Shown here piece after piece: positions 52,106 to 64,000 of a stretch of 64,000 nt of DNA. Below the pieces are notes generated by a model that saw nothing but the letters and a program-made list of their open reading frames with translations, searched no databases and was not told the DNA's origin. Position 1 is the stretch's first letter, and each line of letters starts with the position of its first letter. Origin of the DNA: Octopus sinensis (lineage: Eukaryota); the NCBI RefSeq assembly GCF_006345805.1, contig NC_043000.1:3534001-3598000 (forward strand), read 5' to 3'. The position numbers were made by a program, and so were the translations under genes.

Positions 52106-53424
52106 TGCATCAAAATCAAAGAGTAAAAAAAGATGTTTAAATATAATTTCTTGTGGTAATGATTCTTTAACAAAAAACACTATTTAATGAAAACCATTAG
52201 TCTATCACGAACACATGCATGTCCTGCAGCTAGTAAGACTGACAATGGTAGACAGTACATATTTACAATTCACATGGTGCAAACAGAAAAATCTCACTTG
52301 TAACAAACTGAAAAGCATGTGTAATGAAAGAACTTCCAAATTCCATTAAAACTTTCTTAAATGATATAAATTACTAAATTAAAATAAAATCTTCTGAACC
52401 TTGTGATGTGTTGATATTTTTATTGCGTTTTTGCATGTTTTAATGCATCTTAAATAAGTTCTGTTTCATAAATTGTTCATTAAAGAAAGAAATTTCTTTG
52501 ATAAAAATAAAATGAATTAACTTCAAACATACCAGTTGGTTTTGAAAAGGAACTAAACTAACAATGAAACACTGAATTAGTATAGAGAATAGAGCAAAGA
52601 AAATCTAGAATCCAAGAAAACTAGTGATAATCTTTATTGGTTAAAAAATAGTTAATAAAATCCATAGAATAATATGTTCATGTGTTTCAAAGCGCAGTGA
52701 GTTCTGATGTTTCCAGCAGTGAACAGCCCTGATTGAAACTTACCTATGCTCACAACATACAGACTTATGAAATTTAGTAGGTTACATAGAGTGAACTTTG
52801 CTTTAGCAGCTAACTGTGATTAAAAGAAAGTCTTTACATTCCAGATGTTATCTTTAAGAAGTAGTAAATCCCTGAGGAAATAAGTCTATTTTCATCGCTC
52901 TATCTTCCAACATCATCATCTAATGGATCTTTCCTTTTGTGAGATAGTACAGTAATATCTGAGGGAAATTTAGTTACTATTTTTTAGAAGGCCAAGCAAT
53001 CATGTAGAGGCCTCATTCATTGGCTTATTGCTGCTTATGTATCAATAGATGGTAGCAGGAAGGGTTAAATTTGAACTAAAGTCAGTGAACACTGAAATAT
53101 AAAACTAAAAAATCATCCAGTAGAGACAGTTGTTTGGTTTTTTTTAAGGAGCAGAGGTTGCTGAGTGGTAAATTAATGTGAGATAAGATCCCCAAACCAG
53201 CTTTTGGCCAGTGATTGAACAACCTTAGTAACTTGTCATTGAACAAGTACTATATAGAAGTTAAAGCTAATAGACATTTGTGTATATCTGTACATCTATT
53301 ATAGATTAGCTACCAAACAAACACCCACAAATATACATTAACAACAACAAAAATTTCAAGGAAAAAATTCACGTTTCTAAATAAATTTTCTAGAAATGAG
53401 TATCAGGTTTCCTCTTAATAATAC

Positions 53425-53643
53425 ATTGCTGGTACTTGGTGACTTCACTGGTGCTGGTGCCACATAAAAAGCACCAGTACACTCTGTTAAGTGTTTGGCA
53501 TGAGGAAGGACATCCAACTGTAGAAACAAAGCCAAAACAGACATAGAACCTGGCGGAATCTTCTGGCTCATCTGTTCTTGTCAAACCGTCCAACCCATGT
53601 CAGTATGGAAAAAAAGATGGTAAATGATGATGATGATGATGAT
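53425..53643 (+). mobile_element. Older family B copy
   Basis: ggtgccacataaaaagcacc..ggaaggacatccaactgtagaaa..ccgtccaacccatg..(GAT)n. Confidence 0.85.
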
Positions 53644-53859
53644 TTATATATAGAATAAATCAGGACACCTTGTAGTACATTGCATATTTTAAATTATTCA
53701 TTTTAAGTTAAATGTTATTGAATTGTAAAATATAATGGACATGTTTGCAGATTTAAATTTTTGAACATCTTAGAGAAATGAGATGTTGCAAAGAAACTAC
53801 ACAATCTGGTTTAAAATTAGACAACCTCCATGAAGTGGAAAAAGAGATAGAACATGTGG

Positions 53860-54633
53860 AATTTATTCAAAATATATTTGTCACATTCAGGAACTTCTTC
53901 AAATGATTTAAGCATTAAAATCAAAACAATTACAATGTGCATGCAAGTTGCTTGTTGGATTTTGAGATCATTTAGAAAAAAAAGGAGAAAGGATATCATG
54001 TTACTTTTATGGGGAATATTTATTGTCAGCTGCCTGGAATATAGCTCCAAACTGTGGTTGCCACAAAGTGTCAAACTAACAGCAGAACTTAGGGTAATCC
54101 AATGTTACTACACAAAGAAGACTGACTTGGTGCAACAGATAAACTAAAGGAAAGGCTAAAAGAACTGAGACTCTACTCCGTAGACAGAAGATGTGAAAGA
54201 TGTGTGAGTGTGTGTGTGAGTGTGTAATGAGAGAGAGAGATCCTGGAAGGTCTAGCTCCTAACACTGGATCTGAAAGCTGTACTAATGACCAAATTGGGC
54301 AACACAGCATTGTACCAAAGATCCTGTCCTTTCCATCTACAGTAAAGGTAACAGCTTAGGTTTCAAAAACCCCCAAACTTTCAACACTCAGAGATTAGTG
54401 AGTGATAGATGGGGATGTTTTCAAAAGAACATTTGGACCAATTTTTATTTGAGGTAGAAGATGAATGTATGCTGCATCAGGAAACACGAAGAAGAGCAGT
54501 ACTGTCTAACTTGCTACTCCACCAAAAACAGTTCCAGAAAGAAATCTGGAAAGAGTGAAATTAAAACTAGTTACATTAAAGGCGGTGCTCCAGCATGACA
54601 CAGCCATTGGCTGAAACCAACAGAAACAGAAAC
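53860..54633 (+). mobile_element. Decayed CR1-group LINE 3' end
   Basis: CMQVACWILRSF...LEYSSKLWLP..VKLTAELRVIQ..YTKK..ERLKELRLYSVDRRCER..ILEGLAPN; 3' end ggcggtgctccagcatg..gctgaaac plus (AGAAAC)n. Confidence 0.85.
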
Positions 54634-56666
54634 AAATATACAAAGTTCACATTATCTTTCAAATATCAAGTGTATGTGCTGAAGTAAACAATTGATTTTA
54701 AATATTTTTTAGAATGGAAGTGTTCTTAATAAAATCATCGAAAATAATTTCATTAAAAAAATCCCAGAGAAAAGAAAAATATCATAAGAGAAACTAAATG
54801 GTGAGTTACAATTAAAAATTATGTTCTTCAAAAACACATTTTCATTGATTAAAATAAAAGAATTAGATTGTCAGATAACCAGTAGAAAATAATTTCTTGT
54901 AACACTGCAAACTGTTTCAAGCAAACAGTTATAGAGATTGCACATTCAATAATCCACGTGTTTTATGGCAATCCCTGTAGTTACTTATTAGCATATAACA
55001 GACAGCTGAATTTCTTTAGTTGGCTTTCATAATCTCAGGTTTTAAAATATCAATCAAGAAACTTTCAAGAGAAAGACAGGTTTTAGAAACGACTTAGTGC
55101 TGGAAGGAGAACCCAGTAAGGTTAAATATAAGCTAGAGTTAAATCCATAGTGAGATCATGCATTTAATCTGTGAATCCAATGAAACACAGATTAATATGA
55201 CTTACTTCCACCGGAGAAGATATTTAGAGTAAAACATCCTATAACTATTGTGTACAGAGGGCAGAGAATGACAATATAGATGCATAAACAAAAGGAGGGG
55301 AGAATATAGAGCTGAATTCTAAATACTGATATCTATTATTGATCTCAGATAAATCTAATGTTATAGGAAACTGAACTGAATAAATAATCTGTTAATAAAT
55401 CCATTTTAACACCTAGGTTGTAATGTTGTCCAATAAAGTGCAGCTACAACCTAAAATATGGGCTAGGAGGAGAAATAGCTGAAACAAGTGATATATTCTG
55501 AGACACATTTATTGCTGAAGATGGCTATCAATTCAAAATTCTTCAAAAGATACAACATGAGATGAATACCCATTTTCATGTCTTGTTCGCAGATTATTTA
55601 TATTTGTACATTTGCCTGTTGACTTTGTCTTTAAAGAATCAATGCAACTCAATTCATTCAAATCAGTTACTTTTGTCAAGAATTAGGAAATTCAAAGATT
55701 CCAAGTAGAATTATTCTAATGACTAAAATACCTTTTACCATTCAGTGTTTAAAGAATGGATAATATCAGACAATTCCATATCATATAAAGTGTAACCAGT
55801 CCTAAGGCTCATTGAATATCCTTTTAAGAAATTTGAATAAAAATCTTATGAATTCATTGATACTGGTACTACTAAAATAATATCAATAGAGTGAATAGGT
55901 GGGTTGCATAGATACATTGACAATGCATTGTATGTCATATGACTCCAGACATATTAATAAATAAAAGAGACATCTTAATCATTCAGGATGCAAGAAAAAC
56001 TTATAAAATATAATTCAAAGCTTTAGACAAAAATTGTAATATCTTCAAAGAATGGTGTAAAGTAGAAATTATAGCCACATCATTGCCATTATCACCGAAG
56101 TGTACTCCAGAGATTTCGGAAAAGCTTGAACTGTTGATATTATTGAAAAAGATGTTAGGAGTTTTATTAAAGCAAAATATATAGAATTAACAGAGTTTGC
56201 TTTAATAAAACTAATAATAATTTCTGCTTCTTTTTCTGGTGGTTATTATTTAAATTTTGTGACCTGAGTTAGTTACCAGTTAATCTATGGAAGACCAAAT
56301 TCACACTATTAGTTCACAGATAATGGTTTAGGCTACACCAAGAACTATTTATTATCAAACTAGAAAGAGATTACTAGCTTGACAAAGAGCTTGGAGGTTG
56401 TATACATCATGATAAATACATCTAAAACCATGTCAGTTATTCCTTTCATTAATCAAATATCACAGAAGGGTGTCATCCTGAGTGACTACCACAATAATAT
56501 CATCATTAACTGATGCATGGCAGGTGGATAACTACAAAGATAGACTGGGAGACCAAGTCATAGAAGTAGCTAAGAGTTTCAGTAAAATTAATTCAGGGAA
56601 GTATTAGTTTGAGTAAAATGTGGCTTGGGTTTGTACTAAAACTTGGAATCATAGATGGTATATTTC

Positions 56667-56898
56667 AAGGCGGCGAGCTGGCAGAAACCTTAGCATGCCG
56701 GGCGAAATGCTTAGCAGTATTTCATCTGCCGCTATGTTCTGAGTTCAAATTCCACCGAGGTCGACTTTGCCTTTCATCCTTTCGGGGTCGATTAAATAAG
56801 TTCCAGTTACACACTGGGGTCGATATAACCGACTTAATCCCTTTGTCTGTCCTCATTTGTCCTCTCTGTGTTTAGCCCCGTGTAGGTAGTAAAGAAAT
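56667..56898 (+). mobile_element. Full-length monomeric SINE family C with 11-bp TSD
   Basis: Same sequence as 6931-7161; TSD tggtatatttc at 56656-56666 and 56899-56909. Confidence 0.93.
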
Positions 56899-57479
56899 TG
56901 GTATATTTCTAAGGAGACAATTGTAAGAGATGCTCTTAGATAAGATCATTCTATTTTACATTTGTCTAACTCTGGAAGGCCATCAGACAGAGTACCTACT
57001 TCGGTAGTCTGGCAGGTGATAAGGAAACTGAATATGAATGGCTGGTGAGAATAGTGCATGCCTTGTACAAAGTTGCTATTGACAGTGAGTTTAGGTGAAG
57101 AATTTAATTTGCAATTATATGTGCAAGAGAGTTCTGTACTTATCTGTTTTTCATTCAATGTGGTGCTTAAGGTTTAATAACATAAGTGTTCTAAACTGAA
57201 TGTCCCTGAGAGCTTTTATATGATATAGACACTTTTCTCATAATGATATTTGTCAAATCATTATTTCCTTCCATCTCCTCATTATCAACATCAATATTTG
57301 CCTTTTCGTCAGGCAAACAGTTGCAGAAAAAGTTGAAAACCACGAATCTTAGTTTAGGGTAGGTATGGGCAACCTACAGTACTAGGGTAGCATGCAGCCC
57401 TTTCAGATATTTTGAAAGACATACATAATTCATGATTATATAAGCATATTCAAAGTGAGAAATAGGTATGCAAAGTTGC

Positions 57480-58295
57480 AGTGGGATCTTTGGCAGACTG
57501 GCAGAGAACAAAGGCTGCAGATGTCATAAATGCATGAGTTACTGATAATAGGAGGAACAAAGAAATGAGATTCCCAAATTGCTGTGATAGTTCACTACTT
57601 AATTTCTTCTATGTAGGTGATGTGTTTACTACTAAATGTGATTATAATAAAAGTATAGTTAGTCAAATAATGAGGGGGTGGAAGAAATTTAGAGAGTTGT
57701 TGTTTGTGTTGATAACAAGGGACTTTTTTTTACTTAGTGTGGCAAGCAAATTATTATAAAGAAGTGAGACATTAGATATTGAAAGCTTAAGATATGCAAA
57801 GGCTGGAGAGAAACAAGATGAGTATGAGCTTACAGACATGTGATATTAATCTGGTGGAGTATAAGTAAACTGAAAGAGTAGCAAGACACATGTTTCATAT
57901 ATCGTATTAATGTATGAAGCATGTTTAAATGAATGGTACACAACAGTGATACATGGGCTATTGAATGTGTGAAATCTACAGAGGCTAGAAAGATAAGTCA
58001 TGTTAGGTATGTAGTGTTAAGGTACATGAAAAGGAGATGACAAGTGAAGGGGGGAAAGCCAGAAGCATTGAATGTCTCAGACAAAGAATGCACAAGAGAT
58101 GAGTTCTTTGGCTATGTACTGTTTATAGACAGTGTGTACTGGATTGAAATTTGGTATTGGCAGTCGGTACCAAAAGAAAAATAAGACTTGAGAAATAATG
58201 AGGTCAGATTTGCAGACCAAAATGGTTGACAAGATGCAATATGGCAGACACATCCTGCCCATGGCAGTATGAAATAAAAAAAAAAAACAATGATA
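57480..58295 (+). mobile_element. Decayed RTE-clade LINE 3' portion
   Basis: FFYVGDV...SIVSQIMRGWKKFRELL.VL (FCYLGD...RIR.GWKKFRELLP.L); terminal cccatggcagtatg..tgat resembles the family B tail. Confidence 0.75.
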
Positions 58296-58438
58296 TATAA
58301 ATACAAATGTATATATATTGTGCATGTATGTGGCCCTCTTTATTTTGACAGTCAAAGAAGTTTACTTTTACGAGAACTCTATGATTAAGGACATTCTGAT
58401 AGCAACCATCGTTTTTGTTAGGTTTTTTTCTAGATATA

Positions 58439-58818
58439 CACTTGCGTCAGAAATTAATTAGCCCTTCTCAAATTTCTACATTAAATAGGTTAAATCAATT
58501 AACCTATGAGCTGTTCAAAACGTCTTACGCGATGAGAAAACTTAGTATGGTGTGATTTCGGTCCTTGCGAGGCGCTACCTATATCTATTAAACAAAGGAA
58601 GATTTGTCTGCATCTGCACTCCAAGTTGTTGTTGCACTGCTATGTCAACATCATAAGGCTGTAGACTCTCAAACTGCTCTGCAAACAAAGTTACGTCATC
58701 GTTCTGCGCAACAGTGAACTCGCAACAAAGCAATAGTTCGAGATATGGCCACTAGGTGACAGCACATACCTTGAGTGAAGAGCAAATCAAGGGTGCTAAT
58801 TAATTTCTGACGGTAGTG
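58439..58818. mobile_element. 380-bp Tc1-type MITE with TA TSD, nested in a family E SINE
   Basis: TA|cacttgcgtcagaaattaattagccctt ... aagggtgctaattaatttctgacggtagtg|TA; CpG-rich interior. Confidence 0.9.
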
Positions 58819-60939
58819 TAAGGCTCTTAAGATTACATTGTCTAATGTAGTCTTTTCTTTTTAAGCTGTTAGGCTATGGTCTGAGAGAGCCTTGGCCATT
58901 ATTGTTGGTATTTACCATGAATTAACATTCTTTTTTTTCAAGGAGACAGAGTGTAATTTGATGATTTGGATGTTATCTCTAGCAAGTCAAATGTCTGTGT
59001 AAAGGCTTCCTCAGTGTCTGGTTTCAATGTTTTGTAGAAAGAAAAATAAACAAGTCTACTGTGGTATTGCTCATGATATTAAAGATTAAACAATGAGTTT
59101 GTGCTTTAAACATTAAACAATGAATTAATGAGATAAGGAACAAAAGTAGTGCATTGGTTAAAAGGTATTTCATTGTAGAGAGAGAAACAAATACTTTCAT
59201 AGGCTTTATAGGACAGGGAAACATTATTTGGGAATAATTATTTTGAGAAACCTCCATTGTATTAGAATTAATGTTGGTAAATGGAATAAATGTTTAATAC
59301 AAGGTTGCTTGAACCAAAATTCAAAACTTTGAAACTAGGGAAGTTGAAAAAGTACATAAAAATAGAGGAAATTAAACAAGTAGTAAAATTTATGACATAA
59401 TTATTAAATCACGATATACAAGCTCATTTTACAAGTTAAAAATTTATCTATCTTCATTTGTTGTAACATATTCCTGATTCTTATCATAAATCTCTTTTGA
59501 ATTGGGAATAAAACTGAACAATTTAACAATCTATAGAATTCATACTACCAGGATGTAGTTTTGGAAATATTAGCTAAGTAATGTTTTACTATAAACAAGC
59601 AAATTTGGTTGCATTATAGTGAGAAGTTGTTTAATACAGAAAAGAATTACGGTATCTGTGATAAGCTGAGGATTAAATAATGTAGGATAAGTTAGGTGAA
59701 GTGAAGGCATATATCAAGAGAATTGTACAAAGAGAATCTAAGCAGATGTTTCTCAGAAATCATACAAAGAATAAAAAAAGAAAAGCAATCTGAATTCATT
59801 GGAATTAGCAAAAGAAGATTAATATGATTATGATTATAGAGAAGGAATGGAAAGTTTGGAATTGAATGAAATAATGATTGCTAGTGATTAGAAATAACTA
59901 GGGCAGAAATAGACCATGAAAACATGGGAGGAAGTGATGATTGATTTGATAGAATTTTGGCTAACATTTTAGATAAAGATAAAATGAGAAGAAATAATCA
60001 GATACACAAGTGTAATCAATAGCATCAATGAAGACACAGACATTAAAGTACTCCTATTGATGAACTTTCTAAAAGAAATATTTCTGTCTTTTATGCATCT
60101 AATCTCTGATATGTTTTGCATTCTCTCTAAACTAATAGACAGTTAGTGGTCAGCAACAGCCAGATGTGTTTCCTCTGGCCCGGCAGAATCAGTAGGAGAA
60201 ACAACAAGAATATAATTCCAATTCAAATAAACACATTTCAAACGTTTAACAGCTGAAATTTATTTTTAAATATGCAATAATCTGGCTTTTAAAACTTGGT
60301 ATTGAAAGGGTAAATGGCTATTCCTGTTCGTTTTAAAAATTAATTAAACAAAAGAAAACTTCATTTCATCTTTTCTGTAATTACAAAAGACTATTGAAAA
60401 GGTTGCTAGACGCAACAAAAATTTTAGGAAAATAAAAATAAGAAATAAGTGGAAATTTTATCGGTGAGTGTGTTAAATTATAAGGCACAAAAAGAAAATG
60501 ACTCTCTCCAGACACAACAGAAAGTTCACAAAGAATCATAAAACAAACTCATCAAATACTGTCAATACATGGTGATTAAATATAAACTTATTTGTAAATA
60601 GATACAGCATGGTTGATACAAACATTAGAGAGCCAAAGCATTGAACTTTTCTTAGCTTTACAAAAATGAATATTTGTGTATAATAATTCCCTAGATTAGA
60701 ATCTAACATTTGACAGCATGAACGATAATGGCCAGGTGATCACTATTTAACTGCAATTGTGTATTGAATTTTGAACAGAGAAGTGTTACCTATGTGTCAA
60801 GTCAATACAATGAAAACACTGAAAATGTAACACAGAGAAAATGGAGGACCCATACAAAAGCAAAAAAAATGGTTACTGTCACTTGGAAAGACATGATGTT
60901 GGAATTTTGAACATCTAATGACTTGTTCCATTTGAATGT

Positions 60940-62010
60940 ATTTATAAATTGTTTCGGTGACTTCCCAAATATCTGGTACACAACTTCCCTGGCATAACTG
61001 CCCTGTCTATGAGTTCCTGCCATTTCTTGTCACTTTAATCAATGGCTTTCAGTCAGATCACCCTATTGCAGCAAGTGCTGATGGAGTTCTCTCTGACACA
61101 CAGTCTATGAGCTCTGGTGAGTCCCAGGGTTTAGTTACATCTCTCAACACACCTTCTTATATGCATCAATGACCCTAATTGTTGTCACTTCCTACAACAC
61201 AAAATCCTACATGGATGATACCAGATGTTCTACACTCAAGTGTAATCCACACATAATCTAATCTCCTCCTGTTAAATCAGCACCAACTCCATGGACAATG
61301 ATCTTGAAAAACATCCAACAATAACTTCTGCCATTCTTTCTTGTTCAACAGCAAGGAGACACAATTAGTGTACATATCAAGAAAACTATAATGCATTTCA
61401 CCTCTATCTCAGGAACATGAACAGCAGACAATTAGAACTCTTTCAATTGCTTCAAATGCTAAACCTCGCCATAACCAGAGATTTATCACCTGGTGAACAC
61501 AAGATTGCACCACAAAGGCTGGTCTTCCTCTTTGGAGCCAAAATATACTCCAACCTTCAACTATTACCAACCCTCAACAAAGATTAAGTGAAACCCATGA
61601 TAGAGTGTTGTTCCAATACCTTGGACAGTGCTGCTGCTACACACACACAACATAGACCACATCTAAAGAAAGGCCATTCAACTGGTTAGTACGATTTTGC
61701 AAGTAAACACACTTTCAATGTCTGCTCTTCCTTCTCTGATTTTTCCTACTGTTACTACAATGGCCATTGCTTCTCAAAGTTGGCAACTCTGACAGTCCCA
61801 ACTTATTAGTTCCTACTCCCCTTGTTATTCATATTGTGTGCATCTCCACAGACCCTGCACTAATCACTATGCTCAACCTTTCCTTCTCAGTATGTTGGCC
61901 CTCTACAAGTTCTTCCCTGAACATGTTCTCCATGACGTTATCCACTTGCAACAGTTTGAGAGCAACATTAACAATATTCTCATTGGTCTTGGAAGGCTTC
62001 TCAAGGCCAT
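60940..62010 (+). mobile_element. Decayed CR1/Jockey-group LINE RT and C-terminus
   Basis: LINGFQSDHPIAASADGVLSD..SSGESQG (SFLSDRSI...DGV.S..NSGVPQG), SYMDDT (YADD), KPMIECCS, YCYYNGHC..L. Confidence 0.8.
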
Positions 62011-62297
62011 GGGAACATCTCTTCATCCTGACCATACTAAAAAAAATCTGAGTTTTAAACATTCCACAATAAATAGACATTTAAAATAAAAATGTGAAGT
62101 CCTGTTTATATAAATCTTATTAGAAACTAATCAATAATATTGATTTTAAAATAAAATACATTTTCCACAAATATTGGTTTCTTTTCCTACTTTAGAATGA
62201 AATAATCATTTTATACCTAACATTGACTATTATCAATAGGACTTTTTCTCTTTTTCTCGCTTTATTTCTCACTTAATTAGAAGAAGAAGAGCAATGC

Positions 62298-62381
62298 TTA
62301 TGACTGCTACATGGGGAACAAAAGGGCAGTGTTTATGACTGCTATAGGGGGGACAAAAGGGCAGTCTTTATGACTGCTACA
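62298..62381. repeat. 35-bp tandem repeat, 2.4 copies
   Basis: ttatgactgcta..gggg.acaaaagggcagt.t twice plus a partial copy. Confidence 0.9.
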
Positions 62382-62967
62382 AGTTGAAGGCAGAGGAGAT
62401 CAATCCTCATTCCAGCATTTACATCTTAGCTCAGGAAATTTAAATTAATAGCATTTGCAACCTTATTTGGTGGGATAATAAAAGCGATATCAAATATTGG
62501 AATAGAAAATTGTGCAAGACCTTCCAGAATTTAGTCATAGTTTTGTTCACATCAATGAAAAAATTGAATAACTGATTCAATAATTATAGATTTCTAATAC
62601 TTTTTAAAGTTATTTGTCAAATCCCATTTGAACAAAATCGTTTAAGACATTTACTGCATTTACTTATAAATTGTGCTTTCGTCAATATATTTATCCCTCC
62701 TTCTATTTTGAGAATATTGAAGTAGTAAGTAAATCAATTTTTAAAATACTTGCCAGAGTAGTTCTTTATAGTCTCATATACTAACCAGGCTTCCTTGTAT
62801 ATTTAAAATGAACATTGAACATTGTAATTTTCACATACACTTGCATACACACATCAAAGTTAAAAAAGAAAACTGTACGAGGATCATAACGTAAGCAGAC
62901 CTATTGATCACAAGTTTCAGTGATTAAGTAATAAACAAAATGTTCCAATATTCACAAATATATTAGA

Positions 62968-63160
62968 TGGTGAGATGGAAGAATCAAACATGTTGGACAA
63001 AATGCTTAGCAGCATTTCGTCCATCTTTATGTGCCAAGTTCAAATTCTCCTGGGGTCAATTTTGCCTTTCATCCTTTCGGTGTCAATAAAATAAGTACCA
63101 GCTGAACACTGGGGTCGATGTAATTGTCTTACCTCATCCCCTGAAATTTGAAACCAATAT
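62968..63160 (+). mobile_element. Older family C-type SINE
   Basis: aaatgcttagc..gttcaaattc..gcctttcatcctttcggtgtcaataaaataagtaccag. Confidence 0.85.
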
Positions 63161-64000
63161 TCACCAATATAAATACTAATTCCCCACATTTCTCTACAAT
63201 GTGTCAAGAATCCAGACCCATGCAAGACAGAGCCCTAATAGATAATTACTGAGAGTATAACAGAAAAAAGAAAGAAGTTTAAAATTGTGCAGATAAAAAT
63301 ATGAAACATAGTCTATCATTTGACATTAATAACAATTCTACAAGGAGCAAGCTCATGGCAGAATAGTCTGCACCACATCTTACAATATAATAACAAAAGT
63401 CAGTTTACTTGGTCAGTAGATTAAGAACAATGCTGATCTAAGAGTATTGTTAAATTATACATAGTCCTACCATATTATATAAATTCACAAAAACTTGAAA
63501 GTATTAAAAAATATTGATGCTATATATTTGATTAACTGTTAACTGAGTAGTGTATCATAGGTAATGAAAATGTGCTTTAGAATATACTCTATCAGGTAGT
63601 ACAAGCTTTTGAGCTGACATTTCGATATGTAATCAAATAGACTGGACACTTGTAAACAAACATCCTATTTCTAATTTCTCCATGGACGAGTTTTAATCTT
63701 AGATGGGATTCACTTTAGGGGGTGTGTATTTGTCGGTTTGTTTACAAAAGAATATAGCCTGAAGTATTTATTTTTATTACACAAATAGGGACATCAGTAA
63801 ACCAGTAAATTTGAATTGGATATATAGCACTTTTCTGGGAACTAGGTCAATTAATTAATTACTGATCCTAGTAGGGATTCTCTTAGAGATTGATACTGGT
63901 TATGCTGATATTCTTTTTCTGTCCCAAGAGAAATTAGAAAAAAAGACATTTATTTACATTTTCTAGTGTACTCAGACACATGCTGCAGCATCAGATAAAC

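Noticed and set aside
56899-56909. Start of a second SINE unit like the dimer at 7162
   Set aside because: It is the target-site duplication matching 56656-56666.
62298-62381. CRISPR-like 35-bp periodicity
   Set aside because: Whole units repeat with no unique spacers; no cas genes; eukaryotic DNA.

Overview
This is AT-rich, repeat-dense animal genomic DNA, very likely from Octopus or a related coleoid cephalopod; that call comes from my recognition of the SINE families and the microsatellite load, not from a search. No long ORF is a host gene. The six 435-485 aa ORFs at 13.3-14.8 kb are artefacts of a strictly purine/pyrimidine-alternating minisatellite. The remaining ORFs are transposon relics or noise. 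The window most likely lies inside the large introns of an unidentified minus-strand gene, visible only as two canonical microexons (21 nt at 50295-50315 and 26 nt at 37544-37569). Repeat content: at least five SINE-like families, decayed CR1-group, RTE and R4-like LINE pieces, full-length dead mariner and Tc1 transposons with TIRs, and several MITEs. Most notable: (i) short non-coding Penelope-like elements carrying minimal hammerhead ribozyme motifs, two sharing the same non-canonical stem-II base; (ii) a 1.08-kb foldback element whose right arm holds a locally templated insertion; (iii) two SINE/LINE 3'-tail partnerships visible in the window; (iv) two abutting perfect palindromes at 51281-51340. 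Family assignments are by eye and need database confirmation.
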